From NCBI GenBank assembly GCA_964016885.1, contig OZ024748.1, positions 6,448,001-6,512,000 on the forward strand: a stretch of DNA of 64,000 nucleotides, read 5' to 3'. Made by a program: the position numbers and the translations under genes. Shown piece after piece: positions 1 to 14,588 of this stretch (within the stretch, counting starts at the first letter, position 1; the number at the start of each line of letters is the position of its first letter). The notes below the pieces were generated by a model. That model made no database searches, had not been told where the DNA came from, and saw nothing but the letters and a program-made list of their open reading frames with translations. Origin of the DNA: Eledone cirrhosa. Lineage: Eukaryota.

Positions 1-625
1 CACCTGTCTTCACACCTCCTCCTCCCACAACCCACCTCCCACTCCCTCTCTTCAACACACTGCTTTCATATTTCTACTTCCTGTGAGATGTGTCTCTCTC
101 CTCTATAATTCTCATAATTCCTCTAATACCCATAATTCCGCTAATCTGCAGTCAACCAATCTTGAATTGAATGACGTCCCACAAACTCTACAGCTGTGAC
201 CATTAGTAGTGGAGAGGGTGAGAGGGTGTTATTATAGTAAGGATTACCTCCCCCTGTCAATCCAAAATGTCACTGGGGTTTTCCCATTGGATATTTATGG
301 ACTTTCCACTAATCCTTCGTCACTCTTTCTTTGACAATTTTTACTATTATTTTTATTATTATTTAAATTGTTATTGTTATTGCTGTTGGTGTAGTAGTAG
401 TAGTAGTAATAGTAGTAGTAGTTGTTGTTGTCGTCGTTGTTGTTGTTGTTGTGTAAACATCTATTATTTCTTCTCATATTTATTTTACAAAGAATAAATA
501 TTATTCAGCATTACATATGTATGAGTGTATATATGTGTGTATATATATATACATATATACAAATATATATATATATATATATTGTATATCTACACCTATA
601 TGTAGGTACATATATATATATATGA

Positions 626-664
<39 letters not shown>

Positions 665-1516
665 TCCATATATGTCTGTGTGTGTGTGTGTGTGTGTTTT
701 TCTCCTCTGCCATATTTTAGGTGATTCTTGACTGCTGCTGTTGACAGTTACATTACTGGTCACTGAATAGTGTGGAATATATATATAGGTGTGCGTGTGT
801 GTGCGTACGTGTACTATGTGTGTATTGGCATATATGATTTCTGTATGTGTGTGTGTGCGAGAGACAGAGAGTCTTCTTATCTGACCAAACTAGACGTGTT
901 CCTAACAGATCTTTCCATGAAAGATGATAAAGGTTATTCTAATAATATTGTTGTTAGTGTTGTTGTTATTTTTAACCTAACACAAGGAGATCAATTCTAA
1001 CAAACAGGGATAAAAGTTAGAAGGAAAGAAGACTGACCAAGACACGAAATGTTAGCACAAATGTTTATTTTTGTTTATTTTTTCTATCTATTTTGATATA
1101 TATTGCAATAATTCTTTCAGTAATTTTATTTATATATTTTAATTTAACTTTTATATATTAATATATATTTATTTATGCATTTTTCTGATTCTTGACTCCT
1201 ATCTAAAAACCATCTTGAAATTCTTGTCACCCGTTGAGATTACTTACAATCCTATTTCAGGGATTTGGTGTAAACATTCGTATAAGAGAATTCTATCTAT
1301 ATTCGATTTATATATACGCGATATTCTTAAATATTTACAAGTACATACATAAGTGTTTTTATGTTTGTTTGTTTGTTTGTTTTAGTATGTATGGGTGTTT
1401 TTGTGCGTGTGTTTTTGAGAGTGAGAGCAGATGAAAGAGTACAGCTCTCCTGACTTGAGGAAACATGTTTCCACTCACAGAGTTGCTGAAGCATGAAACA
1501 AACTACCTGCATACGT

Positions 1517-1720
1517 TAGGCACAATGACAGTTATTTGAAGGGTAGGAGCAAAGTCGATTAAATCGACACCAGTACGTGACAGGTACTTTATTTTATCGA
1601 CCTCGTAAGAAAGGAAGGCAAAGCTAATTTCGGTGGGATTTGAACTCAGAACGTAGATGATACTAACTCTATGCTACGAAGCAGGGTGTGCGATGCTCTA
1701 CCGATACTGCCAATCAACTG
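1517..1720 (-). mobile_element. tRNA-derived SINE (further copies at ~2805-2960 -, ~4860-5045 +)
   Basis: ggtacttttattttatcgacc...gggatttgaactcag...gatactgccaatc. Confidence 0.75.
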
Positions 1721-2005
1721 ACTTTACTGCTATCCATAGTTCAGCATGTAACGGCTAGCCAAAATTTTTGTTTGCAAATTCCTAATTATATTAATTTATC
1801 TTATGTTAATCTTGATCTTAACTTCCGTTAAGAATTGATGAATGGGAAGGGAGGTAATTCACAAATGATGTCAAGAAACGTAAGGAACCAATCACCGAGG
1901 CCAGCAGAAACATGATATCGAGGAGATAATTAAGAATTAGTTTCGTAGTAATTAAACTGGTGTTAGTGATTATATACCAAATATAATATATATATTCAAT
2001 ATGAA

Positions 2006-2087
<82 letters not shown>

Positions 2088-2300
2088 ATGTATATATGTG
2101 TATATGTATATTTATACACACACACATGTATATTGTATATATATGTGAGAACTTTGAACTATTTAGGAATATATGATATATACGATATATATTCAAGGAC
2201 TTTGAACTTAGTCAAGAAACTCATTGTATATAAATATATATAAATATATATATATGTATGTGTGTATATATATATACATATATATATATAAATATATATG

Positions 2301-2359
<59 letters not shown>

Positions 2360-2519
2360 CATATCATATCTAAAGAGATATATACATGTAGAAAAGAAAT
2401 TGACTTTAAAACCACAATTTTCTCCTAAAAGGGTGACTGAATGTCTAATGATGTGATTGTGTATAATTGGTTTTATATAATTAACAACATTCATAGATAT
2501 GGCCGCCCACGCACATAAT

Positions 2520-2618
<99 letters not shown>

Positions 2619-3575
2619 GTGTATTGCGTGAAACTGAAATTCTAAGGATTGCATGGTTACCGCTGGGAATATCTTTTGTCAGAAGTCTTTTGAATTAGAA
2701 GCTCAATGGGGGCTAAACAACAACAACAACAGCAACTACAAAAACAAAAGCAGAACCAACTCAATAGTTATTCCTTGCATCTATCACACATTTCAGTAAC
2801 AATAACGATTTCTACTATAGACACAAGGGCACCAATTTTTGGTAGGGGAAAATCGATTAAATAGACCTCAGTGCATTACTGGTACTTTATTTTATCGACC
2901 CACGTAAGGATGAAAGGCAAAGCTAACCACGGCAGGATTTGAACTCAGATTGTAAAGGCTGTGATGGTAGGAGTTGTAATGGTGGTGGTGGTGGTTGTGG
3001 TAGCTGTGGGTATGTTGGTGGTATTGCCAGTGGCGGTGGTAGTGTTGATGGCAGTGGTGTTGGTGTTGGAGGTGGTGGTGTTCAATGAAGAGATAATGGT
3101 GGCGGTGGTTGTGATGGCTGTGGGTATGTTGGTGGTATTGCTAGTAGCGGTGGTAGTGTTGATGTTGGAGGTTGTGGTGTTCGTGCAAGGGGTATTGGTG
3201 GTGGTGGTGTTCGTGGAGGTGGTATTGGTGTTGGTAGTGGTGATGGCAGTAGTGCCGGCTGAATCATTAGCATCATCCTTACATAAATGAAATATTGAGG
3301 GAGCAAACATTTTATATAAATCCCTTCTTGATCTTAAAAGACAAAAGATCAACAACATTACGTTGTAAGACAAATAAACTTAGTTTGTACAAAAAAACAT
3401 GGCGGCATGAATGAGTATGACATTCGTTAAACCCTTGCCAGAATTATCCTATAAAATTATGATATTATGCAGCTCAATAACACACTTTGTTTTATATCCC
3501 TCCCAACACCACCGCCATTTATGTCCCTTATTTGTCTCTACCATCTTTGGCATGTATTTCCCACTTTTCATTCTG

Positions 3576-3692
<117 letters not shown>

Positions 3693-3749
3693 ATGTACAT
3701 ATATGTGTATATATATATGTATATATATACATGTATATTTATATATTCC

Positions 3750-3813
<64 letters not shown>

Positions 3814-4208
3814 CATACATGTAGCTGGTTAGGTTTACCGAATTTGCAATTCAAAACAGGACATCGGCGTCCATATTTACATTTGGCGCGAAGTTGAAAT
3901 TATTTCGTGCTTGGCTGTCGTCTGCACCAGTCATTTTTGAGATCTTTTGATTTAGAGAGGTCAGCCATTCTCCTCTGACTCACATATACTTATATGACTC
4001 ATTCCATGGATTTGGACATTTGGTGAAATTTGTTTTCTCTTTGTAGCGTTAGTAGATTGGGAGAGAGCTGTATTGTATAGTGCAGAGTAGTGGAAATAGT
4101 TTGATCTCTAAAGATTGCATTCAGATTTCCATCTATGATTAGGAGGTTTTTTTCCTGTTAAAAAACAATAAATATATATATAAATATTCTTGCGATAGTT
4201 ACGTTTAC

Positions 4209-4319
<111 letters not shown>

Positions 4320-4703
4320 ATGTCACGTAACATAAATAAATGTGGTGCCCCATCATGGCCGGAGACTAATGACTGGAAGCAGTATAAGAAATAAAAAAGA
4401 AATATCTTTTTACATGAAAATGTTATATACACATTTTGTGTGTGTATGTGGAGTGAGAGGGTGAAAGAGAGAGAGAAGGTGAGAGAGAAAGAAAGAGAGT
4501 GTGTGTGTGGTGAGGGAGATTTTTAGAACTCAAGGAATTTTCGTTAAAGTGTCAGTTTGATATTCGTTCTTGCTCTCTATTTTCTGAGTTCTAATCCCAC
4601 TGAGGTCAATTTAAAATACTGGACCCGGTATATTTGACTTTCAGTTCTTCACAAAATGTTTCTCCTTGTGTCTAAACTATAAAATGCACACACACATATG
4701 TAT

Positions 4704-4762
<59 letters not shown>

Positions 4763-5586
4763 CATTTTTTTTTTACTTTTACGGGTGGTTTTATACCTAC
4801 TAAGTGGAGGTAAAAAATATGTACATACCGACAGTAATATTATAATTTAGTGGACTTTTAGAATTGTTGCAGCATTTATACCCGCTCTTTACTTTCTGTA
4901 TTCAAATCCCACCAAAGCCTAGTTTGCCTTTCATCCTTTCGGGGTCGATAAAATAAAGCACCAGTAATACACTGGGGTCGATTTAACAGACTTTTCCCTT
5001 CCCTCAAAAAATTGTTGGTTTTGTGCCTAAATCAGAAACAATTATTTCAACCCTTACGTAAGACTATTTTTTACATCATATCACATGAAATGATTTTTCC
5101 GTCTAATATGATTGAGAAATAAAATCAACGAGACTAAAGCAAAAATATGAGCAGGCTTTTTTCTTTCTGGCTTTTGTCGACTTTATTCTACCATTATCTA
5201 AAGATTGAATAAAAGACATTATATCAACATGATATACGGCCTTGATCAGCGACTCTCTGCCGTATCAGAGGAATTATGAAGAAAAGCTGTTTCTTATATA
5301 ATACAAGAGATATATTATAATTTATTATTGCCATCGGCTTTATTTTTTTCTTTATAATATGTCTTCTGTGAAAGACTAACTTCACCAGTTATACATGGTC
5401 ATCTGTTGGATAGCTTGGTTTTATCTATTGCGATTCTTCTCTCTCTTTCTCACACACACACACACACGCACACTCTCTCTCTCTCTCCATCTCCCTCTCG
5501 CTCTATCCATCTATCTATCTATACCTCTCTCTCTATCTCATTCACACATATGCACAAACACTCATTTTATGTATGTCTCTTTCTCT

Positions 5587-5620
<34 letters not shown>

Positions 5621-5754
5621 TGCCAGTGTTCATCCAAAACAATAAGCAACAGAACATGTCGGATATAATGTCATATCTCCTGAGAGACAGATATATATAT
5701 ATATATATATATATATAGATATAGATATATATATATATATATATATAGATATAG

Positions 5755-5789
<35 letters not shown>

Positions 5790-6000
5790 AATAGAGATAG
5801 GTATGTGTACATATATATATAGAGGGGGGGGGGAGAAACAGTGAGAGGGGGCTATGGCGTGAGTATATATGTCCATCCCTTTTGTCTTAGTGAAAAATTG
5901 GTGGGTCATAATGGACGGAGAATATTGTTATTTATGTCATGGTGAACTGATGACAATGGAAGAGGGGAATGACTTAGGGAGAGAATACTGAGAATGACTG

Positions 6001-6034
<34 letters not shown>

Positions 6035-6214
6035 GGTAGTGAGAGAGGGAGAGGGGGGGGAGAGAGAGAGAGAGAGAGAGAGAGAGCCAGAGAGAGAGAT
6101 AGGTAGTGAGAGAGAGAGAGAGGGTGAGAGAGAGAGAGAGCGAGAATATGTAGACTGGGAAAGACAAAGATATAAAATTAGCAGCAGATAGATACAATGA
6201 CAGATTACACACAT

Positions 6215-6353
<139 letters not shown>

Positions 6354-6356
6354 GTA

Positions 6357-6391
<35 letters not shown>

Positions 6392-6435
6392 ATGTCTGTG
6401 TATATATATATATATATAATGTATATATATATATT

Positions 6436-6479
<44 letters not shown>

Positions 6480-6551
6480 TGTGTGTATATATATACACAC
6501 ACACATATATATATATATATATACATATACATATTATGTGTATATATATAT

Positions 6552-6584
<33 letters not shown>

Positions 6585-6648
6585 CGTCTAACTCTGTCTG
6601 CATGTATGTCTGTCTCTCCATCTCTGTCACTTCCTGTCTTTCACTTAA

Positions 6649-6691
<43 letters not shown>

Positions 6692-7088
6692 TATATATAT
6701 ATATGTGTATGTATATATATAAACATACATATATATGTATATATATGTATGTATATATATGTATATACACATATTTATAAGTATGAATATATGTAAATAT
6801 ATATGTATGTATGTATATGTATATACATACATACATATATACATATATACACACATATGACCGCCTCTATACATTAGTATATATACATACATATATACAT
6901 ACATATATACATATATACACACATATGACGGCCTCTATACATTAATAGCTACACACTGATACCTACATAAACACACATATTCCTTCAATAAAACCTTTAC
7001 ATACGGAATTCCTTTTCAATATGTTTGTCATATATTTATGGTCTGCTGTGACTCGAGACAAAAGGGTAAGAGTAAATAAGCATCTATA

Positions 7089-7161
<73 letters not shown>

Positions 7162-7233
7162 CATATATATGATGGCGACCCCCTGGTTATCGAGTATGCC
7201 CATATATATCAATATATATATATATACATATAT

Positions 7234-7264
<31 letters not shown>

Positions 7265-7298
7265 CGTATATATGTGTATATATATATATATATAATAT

Positions 7299-7330
<32 letters not shown>

Positions 7331-7399
7331 TTTTATATAGAGAGAGAGAGGGACAGAGAGAGAGAGAAAGAAAGATATATACATACTTATATATGTGTG

Positions 7400-7655
<256 letters not shown>

Positions 7656-7663
7656 TGTATATA

Positions 7664-7695
<32 letters not shown>

Positions 7696-7704
7696 CTGTA
7701 TATA

Positions 7705-7739
<35 letters not shown>

Positions 7740-7747
7740 TGTATATA

Positions 7748-7782
<35 letters not shown>

Positions 7783-7790
7783 TGTATATA

Positions 7791-7834
<44 letters not shown>

Positions 7835-8025
7835 TACATGAAACATGTATTTGTGTGTCATAATGTATATCGTTGGGTATTGTCTTAGCATAGTAAGGAA
7901 GTTAGTAAGTGGTGCCATCATAATTACATTCTTAGATTTATGTTGCCATTCGGTTTCACTTGTAATCCGTGGAAACGTTTCCATACTAATAAAATAACAT
8001 TGGCAACCTTCTGCCCTCTCTCTCC

Positions 8026-8085
<60 letters not shown>

Positions 8086-8242
8086 CGTTTCTGAATTTGT
8101 TTAGCAAGATTCTTTATCTGAAATCGTGTGTTGAAACCGATATTGTTATACTTTGGGAGGGTCATATATATATATATATATCTATAGTGAAAAATGGAAC
8201 GGGAACAAAACAGAGAGACAGTACGAACAAAAGTTTATTAGT

Positions 8243-8301
8243 TTCACGCTCTTGAGAGGGGGGGGGGGCGTTTCGGGCATAAGCCTTTCTTCAGGCGTAA
8301 A
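8243..8301 (-). ncRNA. Degenerate hammerhead motif (stem III disrupted by a C-run)
   Basis: Minus strand: TTTACGC-CTGAAGA-A AGGC TTAT GCCC-GAAA-CG(C)n...GCGTGAA. Stem I TTTACGC/GCGTGAA. Confidence 0.55.
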
Positions 8302-8486
8302 GTGTGTGGGAAGAGAGTTCCGAGGGTGTGTAGGGGAGTGGGATATATATTATATATATAGAGAGAGAGAGATTCACATATATAAACATATATATAAATT
8401 CATACCTATACAGATATATATATATATACACACGTACAGACCTATTTTATTAGGTGGTTTAGTTGAAACCACGCTTTTTTTCTCTC

Positions 8487-8554
<68 letters not shown>

Positions 8555-8797
8555 GTGTTTTCCCTATCTCTCTGTCTATCTCTGTTTGTGTACATATAGC
8601 TTAATTTTTTCAAAATCCTGAACATACCAACGTATATTTACCTGAGTTTGGGAGAAAGAGCTTACCTGACACTACGAGAAAGGTAAGGGAACTAGAGAAA
8701 ATCACACGACTGAGTGGATAAAAACAATATATTAATTAGCCTTTTGATTTCCAGTTGTTTCAGTACAAATTCATAGGTCTCTGGGGAGTTCCAATAC

Positions 8798-8975
8798 CTT
8801 CTTCTTCTTGGCCCACTTATTCCTGAGAGGGCCGTGGGGGCAGATTCCTCTAACACTCCTTCCAATGGGTCCTGTCAGAAGCAACCATCTTTAACTGATC
8901 CGGCTGGATCCTCAAACGAATCCGGCCAAGCTGATGGATATTATACAACCATGTTACTCGGGGTTTACCCACGGT
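8798..8975 (-). mobile_element. 5'-truncated non-LTR retrotransposon (RTE-like) 3' end
   Basis: Minus frame VGKPRVTWLYNIHQ...MVASDRTHWKEC* matches the GRPxxxW...AxDRxxW LINE C-terminus. Short 3' UTR ending in (GAA)n. Confidence 0.6.
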
Positions 8976-8976
8976 T

Positions 8977-8996
8977 CCCTAACCCTAACCCTAACC
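8977..8996 (-). repeat. Short interstitial telomeric repeat (TTAGGG)3
   Basis: CCCTAA CCCTAA CCCTAA CC on the plus strand. Confidence 0.6.
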
Positions 8997-9277
8997 GTAG
9001 TCCTTCATAATACTAAAAGGATGGGATAGATATCAGAGGAAAACATTTGACCATAGGTCGGCTCATATAAAAATAAAAACTCCGAAAAATGTTATGATAA
9101 AGTCAATATGGATTAGCTTAGGGCTCTCAAATACTACTTTTCTATATCCCGCCACCAAAAAATCGCCTGTGTTTAATTTCAAACGGAAAATTTCTTTCCC
9201 TACATTTTGTACTAATTCACATATCCAACTTAATATCATATGCTTTCATTTTGAGGACAAACAATAATAATAAATAA

Positions 9278-10610
9278 AGGTTTCTACTTTAGGCAGAAGG
9301 CCAGTAATTACCCAGTGCATTACTGGTACTTTATTTTATCGACCCCGTAAGGATGAAAGGCAAAGTCAACCTCGGCGGGATTTGAACTCAGATCATAAAG
9401 GGACGTAACTATGCTGGAAAGCATGGTGTCCGACCCTCTACTGATACTGCCAATCCACTATGCTTTCATTTTGAGGACAAACAATAATAATAAATAAAGG
9501 TTTCTAATTTAGGCACAAGGCCAGCAATTTTGGGTGAAGGGAAAGTCAATTAAATCGACACCAGTGCATTACTGGTATTTTATTTTATCGACCTCCTAAG
9601 AATGAAAGGAAAAACGAACCTCAGTGGCATTTAAACTTAGACCGTAAAGGGCTGCTACTCAATGCCACAAAACATTTTGTCCGAGGCTCTACCGATTAAC
9701 AATACAACTAGTGGAAAACATGCCCTCCACTCTATCTCCATTTTGACCGGCTAAGACATAATGACTCTTTAAACTCCTTCAGTTTCCGACTCCTGGTTTA
9801 GGGGTTACACGCAAACAATCAAGGGAGACAACTTTGTAAGGATTAAATAATACATTAAAGGGAGGTACCTCTCTATTTACAATATATTCTCGTTGATGTT
9901 AAAAAGATTTGATTAAATGTCAACTTTAATTCAGAAAATCATTAAACTGGACCATTTATTAGAATAATAATAAATAATGGTTTCTGATTTAGGCACAAGA
10001 CCAGCAATTGTGGGGTGGGGGTTGATTAATTCGCCATCAGTGAATTACTGGTGCTTTATATTATCAACCACGTAAGGATGAAGAGCAAACCTAACGTCGG
10101 CGGGATTTAAAAACAGAACGTAAGGGGCCGTAACTCTACACCGCAAAGCATATTCTCCGATGCATTTCCGATACTTCCAATCCACTACCCTTAATCAAAT
10201 AAAATATTACTTAACAAAGGGAAGCAACTTCTAATAGAGAGAGAAAGAGAGAGAAATGTTCTTTCTTTAACCCAGAGTTATTTCCCATGAAGTCGGATTG
10301 GTTGTGGAAACTCCTGGTATCATTGACTCAAGGACTACCTTCCTACTCACCACCATCGGCACAGCGTTGGCTACCCGCAGGTTTGTGCCATGCGAGCTGG
10401 AAAATCTTCTTCCAGCACGTCTACCTCTCCATCCTCAGAAAACGCCTTCTCTATTCTGTCCACAAGGGCCACTAGGCGACCAACGTGTGGGCTCCCATTT
10501 CCCTTTAATAATTGTTTCTACTTTAGGCAAAAGGTCAGCAATTTTAAGGGAAGAGGAAAGTCGATTAAATTGACCCCAGTGTATTACTGGTGATTTATCT
10601 ATTGATAACC
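9278..10610 (-). mobile_element. Four SINE copies (~9278-9458, 9498-9695, 9978-10190, 10510-10610)
   Basis: Reverse complement of the SINE consensus: tttctactttaggcacaaggccag...ggatttgaactc...gatactgccaatccac. Confidence 0.8.
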
Positions 10611-10619
10611 ACAAAACCA

Positions 10620-11240
10620 CGTGCCTTCACAGAAAATAAACAAATGTTAAAACTTCAACCCCCACCTCGCACTCAGCTCTCATCACTGAAACCATCTCAT
10701 GCAGGTGGCCCTTCGTTCAATCCTCTCTCAAATCCGTTTTCTTGAGCAAGATTTCTCCGAAGCCAACCCCCTCCTCGCACAATCCATCGTCCATTTCATC
10801 CTCCATCTTAATCGCCTCCCATTCAATTTTCTCATCTCCGCCTAGAAACAGGATCTTGACTTGCCCCGTTCTCTGTCTGACGTCACCATACACACACGCA
10901 CCTCATCCCCAACTTTAACCTTATTATCCCTTCACGTACGACTCCATCTCTCATCACCCCCATCTCCACTTCTCTCCGCATACGCCACACCTAATCACCA
11001 CAGCCCATCCATTACTCTCTCTCCCTCAGGTACCTCACATACAGTTGTCACCCTACGCTCTGACCTACCACTCTGTGAAGCTGAGCGCTCCCTCCTCGCC
11101 GGGGGATTTGCATTTCATACCCACGACATCCACCTGTGACGAGCTCCAAACTTGCTCTGAGGTTCAACGGTTCTTACGTCACTTAAAGCTCCAAGCATTC
11201 CCCCACGACACACCATCATCGGCACATACAGCTTTCCAAG
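10620..11240 (+). pseudogene. Penelope-like retroelement ORF, N-terminal remnant (frameshifted)
   Basis: Joining two frames gives VVTLRSDLPLCEAERSLLAG/LHFIPT...CDELQTCSEVQRFLRHLKLQAF, resembling the L-S-x-x-E-x-x-L-L-x-K-G-L-x-F-x-P...F-x-R-x-L-R-L motif upstream of PLE reverse transcriptase. Confidence 0.65.
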
Positions 11241-11291
11241 CTTCAGCCGCCGACAATTACAATGGACGTCGAGAAGAGTGTTTTAAATAGG

Positions 11292-12145
11292 CCACTGGTT
11301 AATCCCAGTAAGGTTTTCCTTCTCCCATTGCATACCAAGCTTGGGCTGATGAATACTCTGACTGTTACAAATACTTCAGCAGAAAGATTTTAACCTTTCT
11401 TGTGAGAAAATTAAGGCTGATGTATTTGACGGGCCACAAATTAATCTATTATTGCAGGACGAGCAGTTTTTGGAGACTATTGATGGTGTTGAAGAAAGGT
11501 CGAATGCTGTTGCTGCGGTCCTGTCTGATTTCCTGGGAAACAGGAAGTCGTCAAATTAAGAAGAACTTGTGCAGACGCTGTTAATAAATTGTCAGACCCT
11601 AGGCTGCAAAATAAATATACAAGTGCATTTCCTACACAGTCAACTTGGATTACAGAAATCTTGGGGCAATGAGTGATGAAGGAAGAAGAAGAATTCCAGC
11701 AAGACACCAAGTCCACAGAATCTATATATGGCGACAGCTGGAACATAAACATGAGAGCTAACTACTGCTATTGTCTACAAAAGAAACTGTCACGATACAA
11801 TTTATACACGTAAAGCTACTAAGCGAAAGTTCACTCCTAGAATAGCTGAAACTTCAGTTTGCCAGAAATATCTATCCTAAGATGTATAATTAAATATTTT
11901 GTATCATACATTTGTTAAACAATAAATATTAGTATTTGATTTGTGTTAGTTTCGTATTTCCGTGTTGCATTTAATGGCCAAATAAATAGGGTTTCTTTTT
12001 AACGAATTCATGTTTAACAAAACACTTGGCGTAATAGAAACACTTTTAGAGCATTTTAAAACTCAGTGCCTACAAATTAAATAGGAGCAATTGTAAAAAA
12101 AAGAGAGATAACTAAAGAAAATTACCAGAATATTTTCCAGCCGTT
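11292..12145 (+). pseudogene. Decayed DDE transposase C-terminus, Chapaev3-like (RAG1/Transib-related), plus probable 3' end
   Basis: Broken frames give PLVNPSKVFLLPLHTKLGLMN, EKIKADVFDGPQI, VHFLHSQ, NLGAMSDE and WNINMRANYCY, matching the PLHIKLGLMK...GVFDGPQI...HFLHSH...NLGAxSDExGE family. Superfamily name is from recollection. Confidence 0.65.
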
Positions 12146-12744
12146 GTATCCAAGGGTAGTAACAACTAAAACTAAACAATACGTTATTAATTCCCCTGGT
12201 GAGAGCTATACAAGGGGAATAACTCCCTCGGTCCTTTTTTTTTTTACTTAGCAGCTAAATCAATGTCGTTAATTAGTGTTGTTGTTGTTGCACCACCGTC
12301 GATACTACCACGACACAGAAAATGGCTGAATATAACATATAGTCTGCAGGGGATTTTACCAACGATAATATTTACATGAAGTCCCCATGCTGGTAAAAGA
12401 GGACGAACTTAAAACATTGAGCCCACTGTACCAATATCATAGCTCGGTAATACACACTGAGCCTGTTAATTTTGGTACACATTTGATACACACATACACA
12501 TATATATAAAAATATAATAGCTTTCACCGTATTATTTTACTAAAGAAATTTTAGTACATGTACGTCAATACTCATCTTTTTCCATTTATCTGAGGGTTCT
12601 AAACCCCATTATCAGACAAAAATTTCTTTAGTAAAAAAAATACGGTGAAAGCTATTATATTTTCTAATTTCAAACCTGCTCACTGTTTCAAAACATACTT
12701 ACTTGTCATATATATATATGTGTATGGGTGTGTACAAATGTGTA

Positions 12745-12786
<42 letters not shown>

Positions 12787-12943
12787 TATGTGTGTGTATA
12801 TATATATATATATATATAAATACTTTGGGAGGGTCATGCTGCTAATAAAAACACACACACCTGTTGGGTTTCACATGAATTTATTATAAATCCCCGGGTG
12901 GGTGTTTATTTATTGTCAAAGCTCTTTCGTCACATATTCTGAC

Positions 12944-12977
<34 letters not shown>

Positions 12978-13164
12978 CACACACAGAGATATCCACGGTA
13001 AGTTGTGGGGTCAATTCTGCATGAAGTACTCAATGTAATCCATATGTTGAAAATGTTGTAGGTTAAGTTAAATCCCGGAAAACAATAAAACATTAAAAGG
13101 AAAACAGAGTCATGATATAAGTTAAAACAAAGACATAAAAAATCAAGTCACTATATATATATAT

Positions 13165-13206
<42 letters not shown>

Positions 13207-13328
13207 AGAATATGTGACGAAAGAGCTTTGACAATAAATAAACACCCAGCCGGGAATTTATAATAAATTCATGTGAAACCCAACAGGTGTGTGTGTTTTT
13301 ATTAGCAGCATGACCCTCCCAAAGTATT

Positions 13329-13359
<31 letters not shown>

Positions 13360-13400
13360 ATTTATATATATATATATACATACATACACACACATATATT

Positions 13401-13448
<48 letters not shown>

Positions 13449-14243
13449 TGTTATGTGGTGTCCATTTCACTACAGCAAGGCACCAACTGTCATGAGAGGA
13501 GAAATCATCGCTATATTTATGTCCAAGTCCACTTCCACATTAAGTCTCGTGCTTTGATTCAATCTTTGGAATGTTGACCATTTCAAAGAAATACTTCACA
13601 ACCTTGGAATGTAGCGAAAGTTTAACATTTCTTGCATTCTTCTATATATTTCTCTGTTTTCGAGCAATTCTTGCAAATAACCTCCAAAATATTTAACATA
13701 TACAAAATCAGGAAACTCTGTATATGATCACAACTCAATTCCTCCTTGTCGTCAATATCTGGTAATATTAGAACAAAATGTCCCTTCCCAAATATATTCG
13801 GGGAAGGACATGTCGTTCTAATATTACCAGATATTTTAAACTGTTTGTCAATCAATGATAAATATTGATTGTCAATTATTTATAGAAACATAAAAAATAT
13901 ACTGAGGCAAAAACCAAACGAAACCAAACCAATCAGTGAGTATGTTTTACTATTTTTTCTGGCAATATTAGGACAACAGGACCCTTCCCAAATAGGTGGT
14001 GCTATTAAGTTAGACATGGCCTGGGCCAATACTGGCCGAAACCTATCAAAGTTAAGTTTAATTTCTGCCAAGTATTACAGTAAGATGTTGGCCACCCAGA
14101 ATTTTCATTCATTTCAAAAATGAGGAATTATAAAGGCTACTTCCAAGGCCTCTTTGCTCTGGATACTGAGATGCTGGAACCATCATCTACAAATACTGCT
14201 GTGGGGTTATGTCGTTGTTTAAGCAGCAAGTGCTTACAATAAA

Positions 14244-14349
14244 TATAGGGTGTCCCCAAGAAATGTATACACACTTTGATTACATGTACTGGCAATATTT
14301 ATTAGAAGGTGGTTGAAGTGTATATACATTTTTTCGGATACCCTCTATA
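14244..14349. mobile_element. Tc1/mariner-type MITE
   Basis: TA-TAGGGTGTCCCCAAGAAATGTATACACACTT ... AAGTGTATATACATTTTTTCGGATACCCTCTA-TA; imperfect ~30-bp TIRs. Confidence 0.65.
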
Positions 14350-14588
14350 TACATAAACAGATGTTGGGTATTATTTCATGACTAAAGAATAAAAGTGTTT
14401 CTGATTTTATATAGGAACTTTTAAGTTATACATGTAATTCAACAAAAGTACATCTCAACATTGCTACCCAAGTGATGGAGGCCTAGGCTGTGTTGGGGAA
14501 CTGTCAATTAGCCAAGTTGAATAAAGCAGCTTAAATACTGAATATGGATTTCAATAATATAATTATTGAAACTATCAACACCCCTAAC

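Noticed and set aside
140-310. CCAAT, TGACGTC and CAGCTG motifs near the window start as a promoter
   Set aside because: Isolated short motifs with no associated exon or TSS evidence.
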